Below, one piece after another: positions 1 to 9,655 of a stretch of DNA of 64,000 nucleotides (positions are counted from its first letter, which is position 1; every line of letters begins with the position of its first letter). This DNA comes from a virus (Duplodnaviria; Caudoviricetes): positions 64,001 to 128,000 of IMG/VR virus record IMGVR_UViG_3300031669_005479. One strand, 5' to 3'. A program made the translations under genes and the position numbers. The notes under the pieces are model-generated. The model saw nothing but the letters and a program-made list of their open reading frames with translations. It made no database searches and had not been told where the DNA came from.

Positions 1-3000
1 ACAAGTACCAAATCGCCATCAGAATATTCATCATTTATGGATTTAATCATTGGTTTATTTGTAGCAATCATTTTATCATTTAAATATTTCAATGCATTCT
101 CATATATTTCATAATGAACCTTATAACCATCACGCATTTTAAAACCATTCCAAACTTTATTTGGGTTGTATCCAGTCTTATTCCAGAAGTCAACCTCTAG
201 TTCCTCCAAATACATTGATTCGTTTAAATCATCCGAATTAAAATTTTTCAAATTCAGTTCATCAAGTAATGGGTTAAATTCGCCCTTTATTAAACTGCCC
301 TCCTTATCAATTTTAACTAAAATTTTCTTCTGGACTTCAGGCTGAAATCCAACTAAAATTGTTTCAACTCTTTTATTAAATGCATCCAGATACTTCTCAT
401 AGTTATATACACCAGTAATACTAGGATTTTCTTGTAGGTCTTTAGCACTAATTAGTGTTGCACAAAATCTTTCAACACCTGTTTGCTTATCAACAATCTT
501 ACTTGAATCACCGTGAGATTTTTTATACCCGCTATTAACATAGTATACAACACCATCTAACTTAGGCTCCTGTGGCATATAGTTAGCAACCAATTTAATC
601 TTATCATCAATACTTAAATTCTTTTTAATTTTTTCAAGATTTAATTCGTGCTTATGTTCCTCGAAAAGTTTTTCACCAATTGCTTCTCGTTGCTCAATCA
701 GCAATTCCATGTGTGCTTGCATGCCCTTTTCCCTACCATTTTTATCTTTGCCTCTCTTTTTATATGCACTTAGGCTTGTTTTTATTTTACTCTTACTTGC
801 AATTTTTTTCAATGGAATTTGCATATAGCGTATATTTTCAGCATATGCGTAATAGTATTCAACAAATTCTTTGCCCTTACCGTGAAGGATTAAATCAAGT
901 CCCTTATCAATAAATTCCTCAATGTATTCGGGCATAACTTTAGATTTAATCGTATTACCTGTTAGCTTAACCTTTTCCTTCATCTTACCCGTTTTCTTAT
1001 CCTTAGCTAAAGCAAGTGTTGCATAGTTAATACGTGAAAGATTTAAGCAAGAAAGACTTTCACCATCATTATCAACAGCCATATAGGGTGGCAGCATTTC
1101 CTCATCATTAAATTTTTCAATAAGTGCTGCAACACCAATCTTATCACCATATTTCCACATGTCCTCAATTAAACCCTCCTCTTCATATTCAACTACCTGT
1201 TTATCAATAACCCTAATTTTTGTTTTGTCGGGCACATGGAAGTTAATACCATCAGTAACGGCAAGTAATGCAATGCAACCAAATTTACTAAACCATGTTG
1301 TTGCATGTCGAAGTTCAAGACGACCACTACATGTAATACGAGCAGCGCATACATTATCTGACCAGTTAAATGAAATATTTGAACCCAATGCACCAAATAA
1401 CGAGTTATTTAAAATTTTAATAGGTAACTGCTTAATTTTTGACATAAGAATGTCTGCATTAGTAAGATTACCATTAACATATTTAATATGAATTTCTGGG
1501 TCAATTTGTTTCAATAGTTGAACTTCTTCATCATCTAACTTAGTTTCATTTGCAAGTTTTTTATAGATATTACGTGTCGTTGTAAGATATAATAATATCT
1601 TTTTCATAACACCAGTAATATCAAACATTGGAAATATACCCCATGTCAACTGAAGCATAGGATAAAGACTGGCGTAGTCGATTTTTACAATTCGCTCAGT
1701 ATATCCAGTTTTAAAACATCTTGCCAATCCACCACTAAACTTTTCATATTTATCTGATTCTGGAATTGCCAAATCATTCTCATAACTCCATGCAGTTAAC
1801 AGTAAATTCCAAATTGCTGCAGTACCCATCGTACAAATACGTTGATAGGTAGTTGGAACAATTTTTGCTAACATAAATGATGATTGATTATATAATTCAT
1901 CTACTTGTTCAGTTTCCCACAAGTCATCAAGCAGATATTGTTTTACTAATTTCTTCCCGCTAATAAATATTGTAAGATTTTTTGGTAATGCATTTACCCT
2001 AAACCAATCAACAAATTCTTTACTTTCACTAAGGAATTTAACTTTAATTACTTTATATTGCTCTTCAGTAATATTGTCCTTATTTGCCTGAAGTTTATAC
2101 AACTTTTTTGCAGCATCTTGATACGCATTTGGTATTTGAATATAATTATTCTTTTCATCAATTAAGAACATTTTATTTTCATGATAATATCTACCAATCG
2201 TATTGTCTTCGCCATCAATATATGTTCGATTTGGTTTTGCGAACTTTTCAAACTTTGCTACATATTTTAAACCAGTTTCTTTTAAATCACTATTTACCGC
2301 TGCAGTACGTTTTGTTGCATGAAGTATATCAATTACTGAATAACCCCACATTTCAGTTGCAGTATACTTATCAGCAGTATTACCATACTTAACACTTACA
2401 TTACCCCTTCTTTTTAGGTGATAATTTTTTTTAAGGCTAGTTGGCAGGGTTTGCAAATCCATTTTAAGTATTTTTGCTCTACCTAAAATAAAATCAAAGT
2501 CAAACGTCTCAGAGAAATATCCAGAAATGACTGCTGGCCGTATTTCACTAATTAAATTAAAAAAATCTTGAATTAAATGTGCTTCAGATTCATCGTCATC
2601 TGTTTTATCAACTTCCAATATTGTTTCAAACCCCTTATTATTTCTAACACCAATTGCAAATACTCTGGACGATTGATATCGTAAACCAGTGGTTTCAATG
2701 TCAAACGTAAGTTTATGAACATTTTTATATTCTTCAAACCCTTTATATAGTCTACTTTGTGTTGAAATTAAAAATTGCTCAGTTGTTCTTGGCGAATAAA
2801 AATAATCCCGATACAAATAAATTGCTTCACCCTTCTTATCCTTAACTGGTTGCTCATTTTCGTCGAGAAGTTTTGCGTATGGATCAATGCCGCCATCCTT
2901 AAGATAACTTAAAATATCGTTATATGACCGACTACTTGTTAGCTTAAAACAATATCCATCAACAAGTCTTTTTTGATTACCAGTTTTTAACTTAGTGATT

Positions 3001-3266
3001 TTAATCCCATATTTAATTCTCTTACTTTCAATATATTGTTCACTACTACCACCATATAATTTAATATTTTTCTTAGATAAATCTTTCATATACATGAAAG
3101 GTTCATATCTAATATTATCTATTCTTGGTTTTTGATTTGGCTCATGTATAATACATTCAGCAATATTTGTCCTTGGGTCGGTTTCAACATTCACCAAATA
3201 TTTTATATCATTATTGTAGCCTTCAAGAAATCCTTTAATTTCTGTTAATACTGCATGTTTATCCAT
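1..3266 (-). CDS. polB: Family B DNA polymerase (3' end runs off the left edge; absent from the ORF track)
   Basis: Manual translation from ATG at 3266 (MDKHAVLTEIKGFLEG...) is open to position 1; ExoI FDIET, ExoIII YLLDD, motif A KIDYASLYP, motif B KILNNSLFG, motif C variant LAVTDG. Confidence 0.95.
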   Translation of the reverse strand, partial: MDKHAVLTEIKGFLEGYNNDIKYLVNVETDPRTNIAECIIHEPNQKPRIDNIRYEPFMYMKDLSKKNIKLYGGSSEQYIESKRIKYGIKITKLKTGNQKRLVDGYCFKLTSSRSYNDILSYLKDGGIDPYAKLLDENEQPVKDKKGEAIYLYRDYFYSPRTTEQFLISTQSRLYKGFEEYKNVHKLTFDIETTGLRYQSSRVFAIGVRNNKGFETILEVDKTDDDESEAHLIQDFFNLISEIRPAVISGYFSETFDFDFILGRAKILKMDLQTLPTSLKKNYHLKRRGNVSVKYGNTADKYTATEMWGYSVIDILHATKRTAAVNSDLKETGLKYVAKFEKFAKPNRTYIDGEDNTIGRYYHENKMFLIDEKNNYIQIPNAYQDAAKKLYKLQANKDNITEEQYKVIKVKFLSESKEFVDWFRVNALPKNLTIFISGKKLVKQYLLDDLWETEQVDELYNQSSFMLAKIVPTTYQRICTMGTAAIWNLLLTAWSYENDLAIPESDKYEKFSGGLARCFKTGYTERIVKIDYASLYPMLQLTWGIFPMFDITGVMKKILLYLTTTRNIYKKLANETKLDDEEVQLLKQIDPEIHIKYVNGNLTNADILMSKIKQLPIKILNNSLFGALGSNISFNWSDNVCAARITCSGRLELRHATTWFSKFGCIALLAVTDGINFHVPDKTKIRVIDKQVVEYEEEGLIEDMWKYGDKIGVAALIEKFNDEEMLPPYMAVDNDGESLSCLNLSRINYATLALAKDKKTGKMKEKVKLTGNTIKSKVMPEYIEEFIDKGLDLILHGKGKEFVEYYYAYAENIRYMQIPLKKIASKSKIKTSLSAYKKRGKDKNGREKGMQAHMELLIEQREAIGEKLFEEHKHELNLEKIKKNLSIDDKIKLVANYMPQEPKLDGVVYYVNSGYKKSHGDSSKIVDKQTGVERFCATLISAKDLQENPSITGVYNYEKYLDAFNKRVETILVGFQPEVQKKILVKIDKEGSLIKGEFNPLLDELNLKNFNSDDLNESMYLEELEVDFWNKTGYNPNKVWNGFKMRDGYKVHYEIYENALKYLNDKMIATNKPMIKSINDEYSDGDLVL

Positions 3267-3321
3267 TATTATTATATTAAATTTATTGGTTTATATATTA
3301 TTACAATCAATTTTTTTCATA

Positions 3322-3684
3322 CTATTTTTTTACAAATTTATGTGTTAACCTTTTTGATTTTTTATTATACGTATATTGTATATCACCAATTAAAAACGAA
3401 TCCTTTGTTAATGCATCTTCAATATTTATTGGAAATATACCAGATAACCATAATGCAGTAATTGCATTATTTCCAACCAATTTAACATGATCCTTATCGC
3501 CATTAATATCAAAATCCAAATGTATTACATCATTTTCATTATTCAAAACGTTTTGTAAAATAAAAATGAATGCAGCGTAGATATCACCCCTCATTCGTTT
3601 ATTTGTAACATCAGAATCAGTAATAATTAATTGCAATAAATAATCTTTAAGGGGATTATACCCAAACACATATTTACTTCCCAT
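3322..3684 (-). CDS. Hypothetical protein
   Basis: 120 aa ORF co-oriented with and overlapping the SNF2 gene end. Confidence 0.7.
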   Translation of the reverse strand: MGSKYVFGYNPLKDYLLQLIITDSDVTNKRMRGDIYAAFIFILQNVLNNENDVIHLDFDINGDKDHVKLVGNNAITALWLSGIFPINIEDALTKDSFLIGDIQYTYNKKSKRLTHKFVKK

Positions 3685-5467
3685 GTTTACTTTTTATTTT
3701 TTTAATAACATCACTTAACACTGATTCACTAACATTTGATTCATAGTTTTCATTATCCATAACCTTTACTATTTCTTTCCGCTTACTTTCGATTGCAGAA
3801 AATACGTAATCATCTATTGTATCAGGAAAAATCAAGACATAAATATTAACAGCAGATTTTTGCCCAATCCTATGCAGTCTATCGCTAACTTGATCGTATT
3901 CTCCAACGCTATATGGCAATGTCATTATGAATAATTTACTTGCAGCAGTTAATGTTAGTCCATAGTTACAAGTTTGAATTGAACCTAAAAAATCTTTTAG
4001 GTCACTATTAGGGTCTTGAAATTTATTTACAATATCTGAACGTTCCTCAACTGTTTGGTCACCAGTATGTAATGCTGCACTGTCACCAATTAGTTTTTTT
4101 AAATCATATAAACTGTTTTTATAGTAATCAACGACAACCACCTTCTCACCTGTTTCGTGAATATTCTCAATCAACTCAATGACATGCCTTATTTTAATTT
4201 GTGATAGGTATTGTCGCAAACGAATCATAATCGTTAATGCATTATGTGTTGGGTGTTCTACAAATTCATTTGCAACACTATTTTCAATTTCATTATAGAT
4301 TCTTTGCTCATCATCAGTCATTTCCAGTATGATGCGTTGATATGTTTTATCTGGAAGGTCTTTTAAAACATCGATTTTTCGTTTTCTGTGTGTATATGGC
4401 GCAATCTTATAAAACAATTCTTCTAAACGTTGTTCAGCACTATCAATAACATAACCCCAACCATTTTCAATGTCATATGTCATGCCGCAATAATATTCCT
4501 GAAAATGACCTTTTGTTGCAAAATCAACTGGAGATATTTCATGCAATACCGTGTATAATTCATGTGCTCGATTCGGTGCGGGTGTTCCACTTAAAAATAT
4601 TTTACTTATATTACCATTTCTAAAAATCTTATTATCGAACGTTTTCTTAAAATTTTTGTAAGTATTTGATTTTGTGGACTTTAGTTTTTGACACTCGTCT
4701 GAAATAACTGCATCAATTTTATCAATATCTAATTTTTTCCACTTTGAAAAAAATCTTTCGCTACTTGATGGATTAAAGTAGTCATAATTTACAATAATAT
4801 ACTTAGCATCCTCCACACTACAATCATTTTTTTTCCAATTTACTATATGGGCATTACTATTTGTAAATTTCTTAACTTCGTTATAGTAATTAAATTTTAA
4901 TGAATTGGGTGTAATGACAATGACTTTATCAAAATGGTTCATCTCAACATATAATATGCTAGATAAACTCTTACCAGTTCCCATTTCATGTGAAATTAGT
5001 GTGCTACGAGTAGCATTCATGAATAGTGCTGCAACAATTTGGTGCGGAAATAGTTTAATATCTTCTTTTAAAAGTGCATGGCACTTATCGGAATATTTTA
5101 TATATGTTTGTTCTAACTCTTCCTTATACTTAACCCAATTTTCTTTTTTAATGTTAAGATCGGCAATAAACTTACGTTTTTCTGCTTCACTTACCTCAAT
5201 TTTATTTATTTGTTGAATGAATACATTCTTACTATCATCATTTCCAAAATCAAAATGTATTTTATTTGAACCCTTATATTTTTTAATTAAAAGATATAGA
5301 GAATATGTGTTAACTTCCCATACCATCATACCTGCATTCCACTTACGGGTTTCAACTGGAAGTTCTTTTATTCTAGTTGTAAGTTGATCGTTAGGTAAAA
5401 ATCTTAGATAATATGCCTGTCTTCTTGAGATTCTTTCACAAAATACAAGAAATACTGGTGTTTGCAT
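3674..5467 (-). CDS. SNF2/SWI2-family helicase-like ATPase
   Basis: LFPHQ, Walker A HEMGTGKS, DECQKLK, LSGTPAPN, motif VI QVSDRLHRIGQ. Confidence 0.93.
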   Translation of the reverse strand: MQTPVFLVFCERISRRQAYYLRFLPNDQLTTRIKELPVETRKWNAGMMVWEVNTYSLYLLIKKYKGSNKIHFDFGNDDSKNVFIQQINKIEVSEAEKRKFIADLNIKKENWVKYKEELEQTYIKYSDKCHALLKEDIKLFPHQIVAALFMNATRSTLISHEMGTGKSLSSILYVEMNHFDKVIVITPNSLKFNYYNEVKKFTNSNAHIVNWKKNDCSVEDAKYIIVNYDYFNPSSSERFFSKWKKLDIDKIDAVISDECQKLKSTKSNTYKNFKKTFDNKIFRNGNISKIFLSGTPAPNRAHELYTVLHEISPVDFATKGHFQEYYCGMTYDIENGWGYVIDSAEQRLEELFYKIAPYTHRKRKIDVLKDLPDKTYQRIILEMTDDEQRIYNEIENSVANEFVEHPTHNALTIMIRLRQYLSQIKIRHVIELIENIHETGEKVVVVDYYKNSLYDLKKLIGDSAALHTGDQTVEERSDIVNKFQDPNSDLKDFLGSIQTCNYGLTLTAASKLFIMTLPYSVGEYDQVSDRLHRIGQKSAVNIYVLIFPDTIDDYVFSAIESKRKEIVKVMDNENYESNVSESVLSDVIKKIKSKHGK

Positions 5468-5488
5468 TGTAAAATACTGTTAATCTCG

Positions 5489-5518
5489 CAAATATATAAA
5501 AAATTTTCGAGATTACAA
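5489..5518 (-). promoter_or_regulatory. Bacteroidota-type housekeeping promoter of the SNF2 gene
   Basis: TTG-N19-TATATTTG on the minus strand, 22 nt upstream of the start; flanked by 8-bp inverted repeat TAATCTCG/CGAGATTA. Confidence 0.7.
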
Positions 5519-5519
5519 G

Positions 5520-5939
5520 TTAAATTACTGTCGTTTTCGTAATACTATCGGAGATAATTATATCTATTTGTCCATCAACAGGTAATTTAATTTTACCACA
5601 TCCATATTCCGAATTTAAGAAGTCTACGACAAATTCACCTAAATATCTGCCCGCTTTTGATGTTTGTGATTGCTTAAATCTGTATTTAAGCGTATATTTT
5701 TCTTCAGCGGGATAGTTTACTCTGTCATTATTAATTACGAGATCAGCACCAACATTTGCAACACGATATATACCAGTATCTGCATTAGTCATTGAAAACG
5801 TTACTGCAACATTTTCTAACATATCTTCAGTAATACCATACTGTTCCATTAAACGTTGAGTTAATGGATATTTTAGTTCAGGAAGTGTGCTGTCTTTCTT
5901 AATAAAAAAATTATTAATATTAAATGTAGAATAGTTCAT
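5520..5939 (-). CDS. BppU-like baseplate/structural Ig-fold protein
   Basis: FFIKKDSTLP...VTFSM...YRF...AGRYLGEFVV...KLP pattern typical of BppU N-terminal-like domains. Confidence 0.55.
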   Translation of the reverse strand: MNYSTFNINNFFIKKDSTLPELKYPLTQRLMEQYGITEDMLENVAVTFSMTNADTGIYRVANVGADLVINNDRVNYPAEEKYTLKYRFKQSQTSKAGRYLGEFVVDFLNSEYGCGKIKLPVDGQIDIIISDSITKTTVI

Positions 5940-5944
5940 TATTT

Positions 5945-6319
5945 TTAATTGCTAATGTTTGTCATAATTTTTTCCCTATCTGCGCCAACCATTTTTACTC
6001 TTTTTTTCACTGTTGCTGCAATACCATCACCAATTAATCCTAATGACACTGCATCAAAATTTCCAAATGGATGTCCACTAATTTCAGTATAAAATTTAAA
6101 TAAAACATATGAGCATAGTATTGTGGTTAAATATCTTCTCCAGTTGTCTTTAACCCAAAACATCCAATTCCATTTAGTTGGAGTATTTGGACTATTTTTA
6201 TCCCTACCACTAGTTTCAGTTAAACCGTAAATTAAATATCCAATAGCAAAAAACCATAAATATCCAAATAGTTCAATACTTGTATAGTCTCCAAAAATCA
6301 CCTTTAATAACTCACCCAT
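5945..6319 (-). CDS. Small membrane protein, possibly holin-like
   Basis: 124 aa with 2-3 hydrophobic segments and a basic C-terminus. Confidence 0.45.
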   Translation of the reverse strand: MGELLKVIFGDYTSIELFGYLWFFAIGYLIYGLTETSGRDKNSPNTPTKWNWMFWVKDNWRRYLTTILCSYVLFKFYTEISGHPFGNFDAVSLGLIGDGIAATVKKRVKMVGADREKIMTNISN

Positions 6320-6340
6320 GACTAATATTTATTTTATATA

Positions 6341-7603
6341 CTATAATTCTCTCCAATCAATTGATGCATGAAATGTATCGTTAGCACCATAGTTTATAAT
6401 TTCTAACACTAATACATCGCACACACCGTTAATTTTACTACCAAGTAACAACGAATTTTTAATATCAACAATAATTGAAGACCCACCTTGTGCAGCAGAA
6501 ATACCATTACTTATTTCAATTCCTTGGCCAACAATCGTAGTGTCTGTCGCTAAAAAATTATTTTTGTATTCAATGGCACTATACGTTAATCCAGTGAATG
6601 GAATGTTTGTCCATTGTGTTGGAGTACCATTACGGTTAACTGTTTCATTACCATTATAGTACACCAATGACCAATAAAAATCACCATTAGTTTCATTACT
6701 TGCCGAAACTGTTAATGGTATAACCTCTATCATTCTATCTGTTGCTTTTAATCTGATTGCCAATATTGGTTTACTCAATCCATTATTAATCTGTAATCCA
6801 TCTAATGTAGTTTGAACACTTCGCATAATACCATTAGGATTCACACCACCCTCAGATGATACTGATGAACAAATTTGTGTTAATGTTCCTGCACCGCCAT
6901 TACTTCTAATTTCATAGCGTATTGGTAGATTAGGGTATGCAATATAAACACCAATGGTATTGTTTGCATTTAACACTTGGTGACAATAGTATGTCACACC
7001 ATCAATATTAAAGCCATATCGAATTCTTCCCACACCCAACCATTCAAAATCAATAACAAAAATTTGTGATTTAGTCCAATCAATTTTAATACCAGATGGG
7101 TTTTGTGTTCCACCACTACCATTAAATTTATCTAAATTCCAATTAGATTGAATTATTCTCGTAATACCAGTAATATTTTTCACGACATTAATACTTACAT
7201 CATTGCCATCATTTTCAAAATATAACCCATTTTTAGTCGTGTATGGTGTCGTTGTGATACTATCAAACAATCCAATTCTTTTGGTAACATTTGTTTGTTT
7301 ACTGAATATACCAGTAAAAAAAACTAGCTGACTTTTACCAGATTGATAGTTAAAATATCTTTTTGTTTGTGTGATAACAAAATTATTAGTACCTGCATTT
7401 ACAGTTAAATTATTGGCAGATTCACCAGATATTCTAGCAAATGTTCCACCACTAACGATAGTATCAAAAAATATTGCTGGAGAACTGTTAATAAATTTAA
7501 CGTCAAATATTGTATACAAATCTGATATTCTCAGTCTTCCAAATGCATCTAAATTTGCACTGTCTTTATAGGTAAACTCACTATTTGGTAAATATGACAT
7601 CAC
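6341..7603 (-). CDS. Putative virion structural beta-sandwich protein
   Basis: N-terminal DAFGRLRIS motif and YQSGKSQ segment typical of large-phage structural proteins; lies in the fibre cluster. Confidence 0.55.
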   Translation of the reverse strand: MMSYLPNSEFTYKDSANLDAFGRLRISDLYTIFDVKFINSSPAIFFDTIVSGGTFARISGESANNLTVNAGTNNFVITQTKRYFNYQSGKSQLVFFTGIFSKQTNVTKRIGLFDSITTTPYTTKNGLYFENDGNDVSINVVKNITGITRIIQSNWNLDKFNGSGGTQNPSGIKIDWTKSQIFVIDFEWLGVGRIRYGFNIDGVTYYCHQVLNANNTIGVYIAYPNLPIRYEIRSNGGAGTLTQICSSVSSEGGVNPNGIMRSVQTTLDGLQINNGLSKPILAIRLKATDRMIEVIPLTVSASNETNGDFYWSLVYYNGNETVNRNGTPTQWTNIPFTGLTYSAIEYKNNFLATDTTIVGQGIEISNGISAAQGGSSIIVDIKNSLLLGSKINGVCDVLVLEIINYGANDTFHASIDWREL

Positions 7604-7627
7604 TTTTCAGTATAAATAAAATTATTT

Positions 7628-8488
7628 TTAAATAACATACCAATTCAAACCGCCATCATTATATAATGTAATTGACCCACCATTGACGTTAAGTGATATA
7701 TTTGAAGACTTTTCAATATAATTTCCAGTCGATGCACTAAAGATAATATTATTATTTTTAGCATTAAATCCCTCATCCTTAAATATCCAATGTATATTAT
7801 TTCCAACAATTGATATGTTAGGTAAATTAATATATACTGTGCCACCACTAGTGCTTAAGATTCCAATTATTTTATCTGTAGCTAATGGTGTATAACTTAG
7901 TGCATTTACTGCAGTTCTCTTATATGTAGAACCTGAATATACGTTAAATTCGGATTTACTTAAAAATGTTGCAGGTACTGTTGTGCCTGAATATGCATTA
8001 AATTCTGATTTACTTAAAAATGTTGCAGGTGCAGTAGTGCCAGTATAATTTGCAAATACGGTTTTATCTACTTTTGCATTTAAATCTACCAGATATGCAA
8101 TCGTACCATCGGCGTTTTGAATAGTTAAATTTCTAAACGTATTTGTTGTAATGCCCGAAATTACAAACATTATGCCTTTACTGGTGTCACTACTATCAAT
8201 TATCTGAAAATTATTTGACTTAAATCCATCTGGAACATCACCCAAATATTTCCAAATACTACCATTGCTAAAGTAAAGTCCAGCTGGCTTTCTATCCAAT
8301 ACCGTTGTACCACTTCCACTTCTTACAACATATATCTGGTTGCTTGCTGAAGATGCTAACGGCAAACTCGAATAAATATTAACTTCAGAATATGTTGATC
8401 CAGTTATTGACGTGCCACCACTACTAGTGAAATCGCCACTAAATAAAAATACCTTACCTGTTAATAAATCAATTGTAAATGTTGCCAT
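7628..8488 (-). CDS. Fibre/decoration protein
   Basis: Ser/Thr/Gly-rich; 17-aa tandem duplication (GTT[AV]PATFLSKSEFN); C-terminal domain shared with 15366..17864 and 18996..21305. Confidence 0.6.
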   Translation of the reverse strand: MATFTIDLLTGKVFLFSGDFTSSGGTSITGSTYSEVNIYSSLPLASSASNQIYVVRSGSGTTVLDRKPAGLYFSNGSIWKYLGDVPDGFKSNNFQIIDSSDTSKGIMFVISGITTNTFRNLTIQNADGTIAYLVDLNAKVDKTVFANYTGTTAPATFLSKSEFNAYSGTTVPATFLSKSEFNVYSGSTYKRTAVNALSYTPLATDKIIGILSTSGGTVYINLPNISIVGNNIHWIFKDEGFNAKNNNIIFSASTGNYIEKSSNISLNVNGGSITLYNDGGLNWYVI

Positions 8489-8503
8489 TAACTATTCTTT
8501 TTA

Positions 8504-8511
8504 ATAAATAC
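8504..8511 (-). promoter_or_regulatory. GTATTTAT putative late promoter
   Basis: 15 nt upstream of ATG 8488. Confidence 0.7.
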
Positions 8512-8548
8512 TTATTGGATTTGAATTTACTTCCAACTTAGTAAAAAT

Positions 8549-8574
8549 AAAAAAAGGAACTGCAGTAGTTCCTT
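8549..8574 (-). terminator. Intrinsic terminator
   Basis: 8-bp stem AAGGAACT/AGTTCCTT followed by a U-run on the minus strand. Confidence 0.7.
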
Positions 8575-8600
8575 GGTGTATTGCTTTTACATATTTTCAA

Positions 8601-8846
8601 TTAAATCGAATAGTCATAAGTATCCCTTAAGTCCCAAACATATTTAAAATCTTGATCACCATTTGGAAATCCAAAATGCCAAACACTTCCAACCATCCAA
8701 ATCCGTCTAATTCTCCAATTTGGTTTGCCCAAATCTTTACTATTTATTGATTGTCCAACATAAAATTCTGTTGATGATATTTCGTCAATTATTAATGGTG
8801 TTGTGACATCGAAAGACTGTATATTAAAATCACTACTATCAAACAT
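8601..8846 (-). CDS. Small conserved phage protein (start revised to ATG 8846)
   Basis: YVGQS...WRIRRI...G...YVWDLR pattern; the track start at 8870 overlaps the GTATTTAT motif. Confidence 0.6.
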   Translation of the reverse strand: MFDSSDFNIQSFDVTTPLIIDEISSTEFYVGQSINSKDLGKPNWRIRRIWMVGSVWHFGFPNGDQDFKYVWDLRDTYDYSI

Positions 8847-8860
8847 ATTATTATTTTTAT

Positions 8861-8868
8861 ATAAATAC
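8861..8868 (-). promoter_or_regulatory. GTATTTAT putative late promoter
   Basis: 14 nt upstream of ATG 8846. Confidence 0.7.
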
Positions 8869-8908
8869 AAATAATATTGATAAAATGACTATGATTTATC
8901 AAATACTA

Positions 8909-9241
8909 TCACAACAAATATTTTAAAAATCCAAATTTTTTTCTTGTTTTCAAATAATTTGGATTATTTTGATTTGCATACGCCTCCCTTTCAAAACTAA
9001 TATTCATATATGCATTTCCAAATGGTAATCTTAATAACCATTCAACAAAATACCACATATAAAAAAATATACACAGTAGTTCTTTTTGTTGCATCCAATG
9101 AATTTCTTCATGATTAATTGTAGATGGGTTTATTGGATATGGTTGTTCTTTTACATAAATTCCGAATGGATATAATGTTATTGCAATTACATCTTCAGAG
9201 ACAAAGAATTTTAGTAATCCACTTATTTTTTTTATTTTCAT
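8909..9241 (-). CDS. Small HExxH membrane-associated metallopeptidase-like protein
   Basis: ITLYPFGIY, NHEEIH, ISFEREAY motifs. Confidence 0.65.
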   Translation of the reverse strand: MKIKKISGLLKFFVSEDVIAITLYPFGIYVKEQPYPINPSTINHEEIHWMQQKELLCIFFYMWYFVEWLLRLPFGNAYMNISFEREAYANQNNPNYLKTRKKFGFLKYLL

Positions 9242-9262
9242 AACATTTTATTATTTTTTACA

Positions 9263-9643
9263 TTAGCCTTGTGTAATACTAATATACGCATTGGGATATA
9301 TAGAAGCAACAGTAATTGTTGCTGTTCTTGGACCGAGAGATGATGTAACTGTTACCGTAAATCCTCCAGTTCCAGTGCCGCTAGAAGAACTAAGTGTACA
9401 CCATGTTTGATTAGATGTCGCAGCCCAACTAATAGTTGGGTCTGTTGTTACCAACACATCGTTTAAACTAGTTGGAAGTCCATTTAATGCAAAAGTAATG
9501 CTTGTGGGTGAAACAGTCAAAGTATTTAATAATACCGTAAATGTCACGCCATCAATTGTATTGATATTGGCGGCTAACACCCCATTTATTGATGCTACGT
9601 TAGAATCTGTTACTCCTGCTATACTCGATACTGTATTACTCAT
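9263..9643 (-). CDS. BACON-domain virion protein
   Basis: LTVSPTSITF...W.ATSNQTWCTLSSSSGTG...TVTV....PRTATITV matches the BACON pattern; N-terminal I.GV repeats. Confidence 0.8.
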   Translation of the reverse strand: MSNTVSSIAGVTDSNVASINGVLAANINTIDGVTFTVLLNTLTVSPTSITFALNGLPTSLNDVLVTTDPTISWAATSNQTWCTLSSSSGTGTGGFTVTVTSSLGPRTATITVASIYPNAYISITQG

Positions 9644-9655
9644 TGTTTCAAATAT

